Shown one piece after another: positions 53,213 to 64,000 of a stretch of 64,000 bases of DNA. The notes beneath the pieces are model-generated. The model was not told the origin of the DNA, did not search any database, and was given only the letters and a program-made list of their open reading frames with translations. Both the position numbers and the translations under genes were made by a program. Numbering within the stretch: the first letter of the stretch is position 1; each line of letters starts with the position of its first letter. The DNA is from Stegostoma tigrinum (lineage: Eukaryota), in assembly GCF_030684315.1 (NCBI RefSeq), contig NC_081391.1:4554048-4618047 (forward strand), written 5' to 3'.

Positions 53213-54146
53213 TTGTGACTGTTGAATAGATTTTAAAGAACCATTGAACAAAAGATCCATTCATAATTTCCCATTCTGTTAAAGCCACTGTTTAAAAAAC
53301 ACTCCACGCACTACAACCCAACAGTAGCGTCAGTTGTTCAGATGTTTTAAAGTTTTGATACCTGAAGCTGCAAGACACTTGAAACTGCTTAAGCTTCTTT
53401 AAACAAATGTTGTGAAATTGACTACAGAGTGTCGACAGCCAGCATTGTCTGTCAAGCAGGAGTTTAGATGTTTCAGCTCTCTAATGGTTGTCTGGGCTCT
53501 CAGCCAAGCCTCAATATATATATGCACCCTGGCTTTCTGCTTGACCTGTGTTGGTGCCAGCCTTTCCTTTTAATTTGATGTTGCTGGAAATTAGCACTTT
53601 GGGATCTTCTGAAATCATGAAAGGTGCTAAGTAAATGATAAATAAATAATAATATTTTAGAATCATAGGATTGTTGTTGCACAGAAGATGCTATTTGGCC
53701 TGTTTATTTTGAACCAGTTCTATTACCTAGTTCTAATCTCCTATCTTTTTCCCAAATCCCTAAATAACATCTTTGAAATAACCATCCAGTACCCTCTCAG
53801 ATGCCACAAATCAAGCTGTCTCCATCACATTTCCAGGCTGTGGATACCATACCTGAACTACTCACAGCCTGTTCATGATTTTGAAAACCTCTACCAAATC
53901 TTCTCTCATTCTTCTTCTGTCCAAAGAGAACTGTCCTAACTTCATCAATCTGTCCTCATAACTGAAATTTCTCATTCCTGGAGTCATTTGTGCAAGTCGC
54001 TTCTGCACTCTCTAATGCATTCCCATCTTTCCAAAATGATGCACCCACAACTGTACCCAATATTCTAGCTAGGGTATTGTACAAATCCAGCATCACATCC
54101 CTACTATAATATTCTTTGTCCTTGTTAGTAACTGCTTTGAGTCTAG

Positions 54147-54325
54147 GGACCTGGAGGTCCTGCTGGACGGATTGGTGCAGAGGCAGGGTCAGCAGAGGAG
54201 ACCACTGAATCAGACTATGCCACTCTGGTGCAAAGGTTGCCACCTCGGTTAAAATAGCCTCAACCATCTGGAAGAATGCCCAATTGTGTAGAAGGAGGAT
54301 CAGTGATTTTCTCTGCTCCACCAGC
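54147..54325 (+). mobile_element. Harbinger-like Myb/SANT DNA-binding ORF remnant
   Basis: Reading across one frameshift gives LEVLLDGLVQRQGQQRRPLNQTMPLWCK/VATSVKIASTIWKNAQLCRRRISDFLCST. This fits the W..VA..V......T..QCRK...DL pattern of Harbinger Myb/SANT proteins; recognised by eye only. Confidence 0.5.
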
Positions 54326-56779
54326 AATAACTGCCACCATCTTCTTTCCTATACCTCACACTTATTACTGCTATTCAATTACTGTATCTACCTCCCACCA
54401 AGATTCATGCTCTACCACTCTCAATGTTGTCGGTAATGTCATCCCTCCCTCACTGTCACCTACTCCCACACCGACACCACTGATCCTGCATGCACTCTGT
54501 GCTGCCTACTCACTCACTTGGCTCCCATCACCACTTGTGCCAAAAGTAACAGCCGTGTCAGGAACCTTTATCTCCCTTAATACCTGACTCTCTCATTCTA
54601 GGAGAAAAACAGCCCAAAGGAGTAGAAAGAGTCAATACAGATGGTGGGCTGCCTCACATTTGGCTCCTCACTCTTTGTATTGAGAGGATCCTGACTGTAA
54701 CCACCCTTTGTGGCTAACTGACCATGTCCAAGCCCCTGGACTGGCATCAGAGGTTGCCCTTGACTTACTGTGCTGAGAGCCCCTGACTGAAGGCTTTATC
54801 TCCCTGACTTAGGATTGCTGACAGCTATAACAAGCTTCCTCGCCTTGTGTCTGTGCCAAATGACAAGATGAGACAGCAGTACTGTGAGCCTGTATCTCTA
54901 GCTAAAAAGGTAAAAAGGCAGGGCAATACAATGAAAGGCAGAGATTCTGTGACGATACAGGTCGCTCAGAGTGAGTGTGGGCTATGAGACCAAGTAAAGA
55001 GCCTGAAGATGCAACTTGGTCCGGTCCTCTGCAAGGTGCAGTGTCCTTCCTGTAGCATTACAGTGTAGTTGCTAGTGTAGCCCAAGGTGTGCTATTGAAG
55101 TGCTGAGGCTGAAACGTATTGAATTTCAGCATCCATTGTCGTGGGATGCATGTGGCTGGTGCCCGTGGAACATGCCTTGAGATGTTGGGGTCTCTTGTCC
55201 AACATGGAGGTCTTTTGGAACAAGCATCAAGCTGAATTCACCAGGTACTCACATTGACTTCTGAGTTCTCATGACATCTTGCTAGTATGGCATGTTTGGT
55301 AAGATAGGAAACTGAATATTACTGAGGCCAATAACAAAATGGTTAACACTAACAATCCCCCTTAAATTGGCAACTTTCCATTGCCTAGTAAGAAACTCGC
55401 TACACTGCTTGTCAAAAGCAAAAAGGATAGAACAAGTAGCTGCCGACGGTGATATAGGTCTCACTGAACTTGTCCGCTTCTGTCACAAATCTTACCATAG
55501 CCCATGTTGCTCGTAGACCTATAAGATTCTGCACAATATAGCTTCGCATTAAGCAGCATTTTTGATTGACTGGCACGAACCATTCCTGAACATGCCAAGT
55601 AACAAAGTTTTTAGGTGTAGGGTTTTCTTTGGGATATGATGGGACATGGGCACAGTTGGCAAAATCAACATTTGGGGCCTATCTCTAATTGCTGTTGAAA
55701 TGAGTGGCTTGCTGGGGCAATTGAAGAGGACATTGCTGTGGATCTGGTGTCACATGTAGGTCACGAAGGTGACAGAAATCTTTCTTGGAAGGCCATTAGT
55801 GAAATGGATGTTTCTTTTTATTTAAACTTTAGATGATAGTTATCATTGTCACCATTACTGAGGGGACTGGCTTCACGTTCCAAATGTTATTAGGTGCACG
55901 TAAGTTCCACCAGCTGCAGTGGTATTTAATCCTGTGTTCCCAGAGGATTAACCTGACCTCTGGTTTACTAGCCCAGTGCCATTAGCACTATTTCACTCTA
56001 CCACCACTTTGCTTCAGAAAGCCAATCTGATGTTCCATGTAAAGCTCGAACCAGCTCTTGTGGAAGGATATGAAAATTACAGATGCCTATTTAAAGTAAC
56101 TGTTTTTTGCAACTAGCCACTCTAATCTCTGAATTAATGTATTAAAGCTGTTTTTGGAATCCCGCTGCCATTATAGTTTCAGATTGTTTCTTATTCCTCA
56201 ATCGTAACCATTTGCTCTCCTCTGATTGTTTTTTTTCTGGCTTGCTGATGTTGTAATAACAGCTCTGACAGGCAGGCCTACCCTCCTCTACATCCAAGCA
56301 CCCCAAAGCTGGATTTTTCAGATGGGTGTGAAATGGGTTTGGAGAGTGTGATGGAGGGAATGGTTTGGGTGCTAGTTCGCAGAGGGCAGTGTGGCATTGA
56401 GGTGGGCCACTGTCATTGGCAGATGGAGCAGGTGGGTTGCCTAACTGAGAAAGGGGGACCATTAAGGGAGGTGTAATTGCCTTATCCTAACAAACTCCAT
56501 TCACTTCTATGGCTCATGTGGTCTAACTTGCCATACTTTGCTTCTGACCCTCACTTCCTGCCTCAAGAATGGTGACTATGTGAGAAGCAGCCTTAAAGTG
56601 ACCATTAAACGGACAATTTAAGATACGCATTGGGGGCATGAGGCGGGTGGACCAGAAGACATGTGTTTTAGGCCACATTTCCATACTCCAGTAAAATCAC
56701 TGACAGGTTGAAAATGGGTAGGTTGTCAGGGGAAGGATACTGACACGCATCTATGCCTCCCTCCCCTCACCATGATAGA

Positions 56780-58766
56780 TAAAGACCACCAAACCATCAT
56801 CTCCCAAACCACCCACAACCTCTTCACCTCAGGTGACCTCCCACCCACAGCCTCCAACCTCATCGTTCCCCAACCCCGCACCGCCCATTTCTATCTCCTT
56901 CCCAAAATTCACAAACCTGACTGCCCTGGTTGACCCATTGTCTCTGCCTGCTCCTGCCCTACCGAACTTATCTCCACCTATCTTGACTCCATTTTCTCCC
57001 CCTTGGTCCAGGAACTCCCTACCCACGTCTGTGACACCACCCACACCTCCACCTCCTCCAAAACTTCCAATTCCTTGGTCCCCAACACCTCATTTTCACC
57101 ATGGACGCCCAGCCCCTATACACCTGCATTCATCACGCAGGTGGTCTAAAGGCCCTCCACTACTACCTGTCCCTCAGGCCCGACCAGTCCCCCTGCACTG
57201 ACACCCTCATCCGTTTAGCCGATCTCGTCCTCACCCTCAACAACTTCTCTTTCAATTCCTCCCACTTCCTACAGGCAAACGGGGTGGCCATGGGTACCTG
57301 CATGGGATCAAGCTATGCCTGCCTCTTTGTAGGTTACATGGAACAATCCCTCTTCCGTAGCTACACTGGCCCTAAACCCCACCTCTTCCTCCGTTATATT
57401 GATGACTGTATTGGCGCCGCCTCATGCTCCCATGAGGAGCTTGAACAGTTCACCCACTCATCAACACCTTCCACCCCAGCCTTAAAGTTCACCTGGACCA
57501 TCTCTGATACCTCTCTCTCCTTCCTGGACATCTCTGTCTTCATCTCTGGCAACCACCTGGAAACCGATATCCATTTCAAACCCACCAACTCCCACAGCTA
57601 CCTAGAATACACCTCATCCCACCCACCTTCCTGCAAAAATGCCATCCTGTATTCCCAAATCCCCCACCTCCACTGCATTTGCTCCCAGGATGAGGCATTC
57701 CACTCCCATACATCTCAGATATCCTTGTTTTTCAAGGACTGCAACTTCTCCCCCTCAATGGTCGAGAACACCCTTGACTGTGTCTTTAGCATTTCCCACA
57801 ACTCATCCCTCACACTCCCTCCCCACAATAACAGCCAAAACAGAATCTCCCTTGTCCTCACGTACCACCTCATCAACCTCCGGATCCAAAGCATCATCTT
57901 CCGATACTTCCGCCATCTGTAATCCGACCCCACCACCAAAGACATTTTTCCCTCCACGCCCTTGTCTGTCTTCCGGAGGACCACTCTCTCCGGGACTCTG
58001 TTGTCTGCTCCACGCTCCCCTCCAGCCCCACCACACCTGGCAATTTTCCCTGCAACCGCACATCTCCTACTGTGGTATACTGTATCCGCTGGTCCTGTTG
58101 TGACCTCCTCTACATCGGCGAAACCAAGCAGAGGCTTGGGGACCGCTTTGCAGAACACTTACACTCAGTTCACAATAAACAACTGCACCTCCCAGTCGCG
58201 AACCATTTCAACTCCCCCTCCCATTCCTCGGACGACGTGTCTATCGTGGGCCTCCTGCGGCGCCACAATGATGCCACCCGAAGCTTGCAGGAGCAGCACC
58301 TCATATTCAGCTTGGGAACCCTGCAGCCCATTGGTATCAATGTGGACTTCACAAGCTTCAAAATCTCCCTTCCCCTTACTGCATCCTAAAACCAGCCCAG
58401 CTTGTTCCCGCCTCTCTAACCTGCCCTTCTTCCCATCTATCCCTTCCTCACACCTCAAGCCCCACCCCCATCTCCTACCTACTAACCTCATCCCACTCCA
58501 TTGACCTATCTCCTCCATAACTCCCCACCTACGCTCACCTTTACTGGCTCCATCCTCTGCCTCTTTGACCTGTCTGTCTCCTCTACACCTACCTTGTCCT
58601 CTATCCATCTTCTATCTGCCTCCCCCTCTTCTCCCTTTTTATTTCAGAACCCCCTTCCCCTCCCCCATTTCTGAAGAAGGGTCTAGGCTGGGAACGTCAG
58701 CCTTTGTGCTCCTAAGATGCTGCTTGGCCTGCTGTGATCATCCAGCTCTACACCTTGTTATCTCAG
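56780..58766 (+). mobile_element. Penelope-like element (RT + GIY-YIG + terminal repeat), frameshifted
   Basis: ORF 57101-57922 has QANGVAMGTCMGSSYACLFVGYME and FLRYIDDCIG. ORF 58072-58389 has VYCI...LYIGETKQRLGDRFAEH. Mutated hammerhead motif at ~58671-58700. Confidence 0.92.
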
Positions 58767-60073
58767 ATAATCCAGTTAAACCTGCAAATGATGGATAGTG
58801 GCTTGACTTCTCTTTTCTAGCTCAAACTGGAGCTTCAGTACACCTAGTGTATCATCTCCAAATATGTATTTTTTTCTAGTTTCTACCTCTATCTCCAAAC
58901 TGGATGGTTGGGGACAGTGAAATTCTTCCCCATCTTTCTGAAGCATAACTACCTCCCAGTCAGCACCAGCTGGTCTCTATACAAAGCCTCCGGTCATACC
59001 GTTAGAACTGAATCTGAGCCTCACATTTATTCCACTGACTGTTTATTCTACTGTCTGTGTATTTGTATCTAAAGATCTTATTTAGACAAGAAACATGCCA
59101 TCCTCTCCAAGTGGTGCCTGAACACTGCAATTGACCCTCTGTAAACAGGTTAATGTTTTAACTGTAAGATCTGTATCACTGTTTGTGGGCTGAATTCTTC
59201 CCTTATCCCTGTCTTAAAACTAATTATTACTGTTTCTGACTGACATCCCACTCTTGTCTTTCAGTTTAAAGTCCTGTTTATGCTCCTCTGTATTTTTTCA
59301 CTGGAATTCTCTTGGGCTAGGTTTGGTACAGAGATGAACTTCAGTTGACTTTAATTTTTCCAGCGTGCAGATTCTGCCTGAGACAGTTTAATGAAAGCCT
59401 GCTTTGTCCTTCCTGTCTGCAGTGGGTGGCTGTGCCAGCTGGAATGATCTGCATGAGCCAAGTGAGACTGACGGCAGTTCCTACTATCTCTGAGACTGAC
59501 TACTAGCCAAGATTCCTGGAGGGAGCGGTGCCTAAGCTTGCTCTGTGCCCATCAGGCAAAGTCAGGGTCGGGTTGGGTTGGTGTCAAACACCCAGGGTTT
59601 AATGACTGGTTTTGTACCTGGAGTGTCCCGCACCAGGGCTTTTGACAAGCTTGTAGTTGGAATCTGATTAGTGGGCAGATCCAGGAAGTGGAAATTGCCC
59701 CAGCATTGCTTGCCTAACTAAGACCTTTAGACACAAACTCTAATGGATTTCCTGTCAATGCCAATCTGGATGGAGCCACTATGACGGTAATGTGTAACTC
59801 AGCTTTCAGTGCACATAATTGTTTTTTGCTTTGCTGCTTCAATTGGAAAGTTCCAGTCAAAAGAGCTGATGGTGCCTGTGTATGAGTATGTTCTCTTCCT
59901 GACTGGGGGTTCTCTTTCTGACAGTGCATCTGCTCTTTTTCTTACTGTATTTGAGTGTTGCCTGTCTTTTTGTTCTCTTTCTGACTGCATTTTGGCCTGA
60001 TAGCTTTCTCACTGCATTTGGGTGTTTTTTTTTATCTGAATGAGCATTCACTTTATGACTAAGTGTTCCCTTT

Positions 60074-60080
<7 letters not shown>

Positions 60081-60132
<52 letters not shown>
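60081..60132. repeat. (TG)n microsatellite
   Basis: Perfect TG run of about 52 bp. Confidence 0.98.
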
Positions 60133-60134
<2 letters not shown>

Positions 60135-60359
60135 CCTCTTCTGGCCATTTGTTCCTTCACTGGCTGCCTCCTCCCTCACCGGCTGTCATTTTTCTGTCTC
60201 TGGTGTCATTTCTCTCCCTGCCATGTCTCCCTGGCTACCTGTGTGTGTGTCGTCTTTCTGTCTGTATGTGCTCTTTTTCTGACTGCAATTGTGTCTGTTC
60301 TCTTTCTGGCTTTGTGTTCTCTTTCTGACTGCGTTAATGCATATTCTCTTTCTGACTGG

Positions 60360-61455
60360 GAAGAGTGCCCTGCAGTCAGCATTGCAGTGAAGCCAACATG
60401 TGTGGAGCGAACCTGGGGATAAACGGCAGCAGTGCTGCTTCCCAATAAGAGTTTGAATGGCAAGGTCCAGATCGAGCTCAGTCGGAGCAGTAGCAACAAC
60501 ACAGAGGAGCAAACCTTCAGTGAATCCAGAGGCAAAGTTCCTCAAATGGGCTGGCTTAAAATGGGTTCAAAAAGTGACGTGAGCAAGCAGAAGCAGCTGT
60601 TTTGGATGATTAAGGGTGAGTATTTGTACTATTTTTACAACTTATACTAGTTTGTAATATCTTTATTTTGAGTTTCTCATTTGTAAGGGCAATTGAGCAG
60701 ACAAGATGGATGGGCCCGGAAGTAATTAATATTTTATTTTAAGTTCAGGTTAGTTTAAAGCAGATAGCCATAGAAGGATAGTTCAAGACTGTGGTGTGCT
60801 GCTCCTGCTCTGTGGGAAGTTGGGAGCAGAATATGTGCAGGAAGTGTTTCCAGCTGCAACTCCTGTAACTTCAAATTTTGCTGCTGGAGAGGCAGCTGGG
60901 GATACTTTGGGGTACCTGCAAGGCTGAGAATGATATGGATAGCATGTACAGAGAGATGATTAGTCCACAGATATGTAGGGAATGGGTAACCACCAGGCAG
61001 AGAAGATGACTAGACAGGCAGTGCAGGAGTGTCCTCTGTCTATTCCCCTGCAAAACAGGTGTACTACTTTGGGTACTGTTGGGGGGAAGGGCCTCTCAGA
61101 GGAAAACAACAGCAGCAAAACTTGTCGCACCACGGCTGGTTGTGCTGTATGGAAGAAGAGGAATAATTGTGGGAATGCTAATATAACAGTGCATTCAACT
61201 GTTACATGATTAGACAGACGTTTCTGTGGCCACAGACAGGACTGCTGTCCAGGTTCTAGGGTCAAGAATGTTTCAAATCGGCTATAGGACATTTTTGGGT
61301 GGGAGGGTGAACAGCCGGTAGTCATGGGGATGAGATCCTAAAAGCACAATATAGTGAATTCAAAAGCAAGTTAAAAAGTCAGACCTCAAATGTAATGATC
61401 TTAGCTTTACTAACAGTGCCATGTGCTAGCCAGAGCAGAAATAGCAGGATATGAG
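60360..61455 (+). mobile_element. CR1-type LINE 5' region / ORF1 remnant inserted in the minisatellite
   Basis: Remnants VCCSC and CRKCFQLQLL (zinc finger/leucine zipper), SIPLQNR, and DRRFCGHR...PGSRVKNVSNRL*DIFGWEGEQPVV (esterase-like ORF1 region of CR1 elements). Confidence 0.7.
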
Positions 61456-64000
61456 TGCGTGTTCTCTTTCTGTCTGTACTTTTTTCTCTGATGGATTCAT
61501 GTGCGTTCTGTTACTGTCAGTGTGTTCTCATTCTGACTGTGTGCTCTCTTCCCTTATGCATTTGTTCAAGTTCATTTTTGTTGCATGTTCTGTATCTGAA
61601 TATGTGTTCTCTTTCTGACTGTGAATTGCCTTTCTGACTGTGTGATCATTTTCTTACTGCAAGATCGCTTTCTGACTGAGTATGCCTTTTCTGGCAGTGT
61701 TCTCTTTCTATTTACATTTGTGAATGTCTTCACTTTGTTTGCATGTTCTCATATTGTTTGCATGTTCTCATATTGACTGCGTATTCTCGTATTGAGTATA
61801 TGTTTTCTTTCTAACTCGTTATTTTTCTGACTTCCTCTGTGCATGATTTCTTTTTGATGGTGTGTTTTCTGTCTGACTGTGTCTTAACTCTCTGACTGTA
61901 TGTTCCCTTTTTGACTGTGTGTTATCTTTCTGACAGGGTGTTCCTTTTCTTTTTTTTTCTGACTGAATTTGTACATTTTCTCATATTGAGTGTGTATACT
62001 CAATTTTACTGCACTTCTGCAAGTCTGTGCTTGTACTGATTGTGCACTCTCTTTCTGACTCTTGTATTTCTGACTTCATTTGATGTGATCATTCTGAGTC
62101 ACTGTGCTTTGTCTGATGGTGTGTGCTTTTCCTCTGTGTGTTTCTCTTTTTGTCTGCATGTTATCATTCTCACTGCATCTTCTAGTTCTAACTGAGTGTT
62201 GCATTTCTGACTGTGTGTTGCTGTGTGTTGTCTTTCTGACTGTGTGATCTCTTTCTGGCTGTGTGTTATCTTTTCTGGCTCTGTGTATGATTTCGGAGTG
62301 TGTTCTCTTTCTGACCCTATTTGTTTGTGATCTCCCACTGAGGCCATGTCATCTATCTGATGGTATGTTCTTTTTCTTACTGCGTGTTGACTTTCTTGAC
62401 TGCACATTCTCTTTCTGATGGCGTGGTCTCCTTCTGACTGCGGGTTCCTTTTCTGACTGTGGGTTCCATTTATGAATGTACTTTCTGACTTTCTGTGCAA
62501 TTTGTTTCTAACTGTGTGTTCTCTGCTGAAGGTATGTTCTTTTTCTGACTGCATGTTATCTTTTTGATTGCCGATGAAGTTTCAGACCGTGTGTTACCTT
62601 TCAGATTGCATTTTTCTTTCCAATCGCATGTTGACTTTCTGACTGTGTTCTCTTCTGATTTGTACGTTATTCCATTTTGTATATTCTCATTTCTATTGGG
62701 TGTTTTGCAATGGACTGGGTGTTCTTGTATTGAGTGCCTGTTTTCTTCTGACTCATGTGGTTTTAACTTCACTTGCATATGATTTCTTTCTGATGCTGGT
62801 TGTTCTTCTGCCTGTTTATCTTTCTGACTGTGGAATCAAGTGTTGTTTTTCTGGCCGAGTGTTGTCTTTCTGACCATGAGTTGTCTTTCTGATTATGTAT
62901 TCCCTTTCTGTCTGCATTAGTGCATGTTCTCATTTGACTGCATGTACTCATTTTGAGTGTACATTCTCCAGTTGATAGTGTATTCTCATTTGAAGTATGT
63001 CCTTTTTTCTGACTAGTGTTGTTTTTCTGACTTCATTTTGCATGATCTGAGTATGTGTTCTCTTTTTTGATATGCTTGTGTGCGCTAACCTCCTGCCTGC
63101 ATATTCTCTTTCTGACAGTGTTCTGTTTCTGACAAAAGTTACCTTTCTGTTTGTGCATTTGCTTTCGTTCTGTGCATTCTCTTCCTGTCTGCCTTTCTGT
63201 TTGGCCTCTTTCTGACAGTCTGATTTCTTTTTGACTGCCTGTCTGTCCTTCTTCTAACCGCTTTTTCTCCTTCTGACTGCCTGTTCCTTTTTTGACTGTG
63301 TGTTGCCTTTCTGAGTGTGGGTTCTGTTTCTGAGTTTATTTGTGTGTAATTTCTCTCTGAGTCTGTGTTCTCTGTCTGAAGGTATCTTCTATACTGACTA
63401 TGTGTTTGTGTAAATCGTGTGTTGCCTTTCTGACCAAGTGTTGTCCCTCTGATTGTGTGATCTCTTTTAGTCTGTGCTTTCGTGTGCTGTCTTTCTGAGT
63501 GTGTGTGCCTGTTCTGTTCGGCCTCTATCTGATCGCCATTTCTCTTTCCGATTGTGCAGTGTCTTTCTGACTACATGTTTCCTTTATGTCAGTTTGATCA
63601 CTTTCTGGCAAAGTGTTCCCTTTTCAATTGCATGTTCCCCTTCTAAATGTGTATTCTCTTTTTTTTTACTGTGGTATTGTCCATTCAGTTTCTGTCTGTG
63701 TGTTTATTTTTAGACTTCATTAGTGGATGAATTCTTTCTGAGTGTGCATTCTCTTTCTGAAGGTGTATTCTCTTTCTGATTGCGTGTTCCTTTTCTGACT
63801 TTGTGTTCCTTTTTTGACTTTGTGTTCTCTTTCTGATTCCATTTGTGCTTGATCTGCAACTGAAGCCCTGTCCTCCATCTGAAGGTGTGTTCTTTTTCTG
63901 ACTGTGTGTCTTTTTTCTGGCTGCATCTGTCAGTGTTCCTTTTCAGACTGCATTAGCATCATATGTTTCTGACCTTTTCTGCCTGTTATCTTCCGAACTG

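Larger units (their letters stand above)
59880..64000. repeat. Degenerate T-rich minisatellite, unit approx. TGTGTTCTCTTTCTGAC (~17 bp), interrupted at ~60360-61455 and running off the window
   Basis: TTTCTGAC(T) variants recur throughout, with strong strand asymmetry. Confidence 0.9.

Noticed and set aside
59000-59068. Minus-strand exon candidate (tttag|...ACG|gtatga)
   Set aside because: All three frames contain stop codons, and nothing else supports it.
62099-63926. Minus-strand QSEREHT/TVRKRT-rich ORFs as a repeat protein
   Set aside because: The ~17-bp unit is not a multiple of 3, the same peptides appear in different frames, and stops are frequent. This is a minisatellite.
1-64000. 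SLC34A1 or F12 exons expected from mammalian PFN3 synteny
   Set aside because: No Na/Pi-cotransporter, kringle or serine-protease-like peptide was recognised by eye. A tBLASTn search is needed to exclude short exons.

Overview
This is eukaryotic, repeat-dense DNA, not prokaryotic. The repeat families (HE1-like V-SINE, CR1-type LINEs, many Penelope-like elements) suggest an elasmobranch (shark); that assignment is inferred. Most of the window is decayed mobile DNA: GIY-YIG Penelope-like elements with minimal hammerhead-ribozyme motifs, CR1 LINEs, SINEs, a Ty3/Gypsy RNaseH-integrase remnant, a Harbinger-like Myb/SANT remnant, and a ~4 kb T-rich minisatellite at the right end. There is a 298-N gap at 13871-14168. 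The one clearly recognisable host gene is an intact, intronless profilin-3 (41412-41825, minus strand), with a polyA signal and a cluster of CRE-like sites upstream. The ORF track does not resolve a second, unidentified plus-strand gene made of short phase-0 exons. Four tandemly duplicated 84-nt exons encode a 28-aa repeat (approx. TDRGFSNRTSSNSLxRDVYLQSSDxxDK). There is also one dead copy, two more divergent 81- and 75-nt exons, and a candidate stop-containing exon 1.5 kb from the profilin-3 3' end. All alignments and translations were done by eye; no searches were run.
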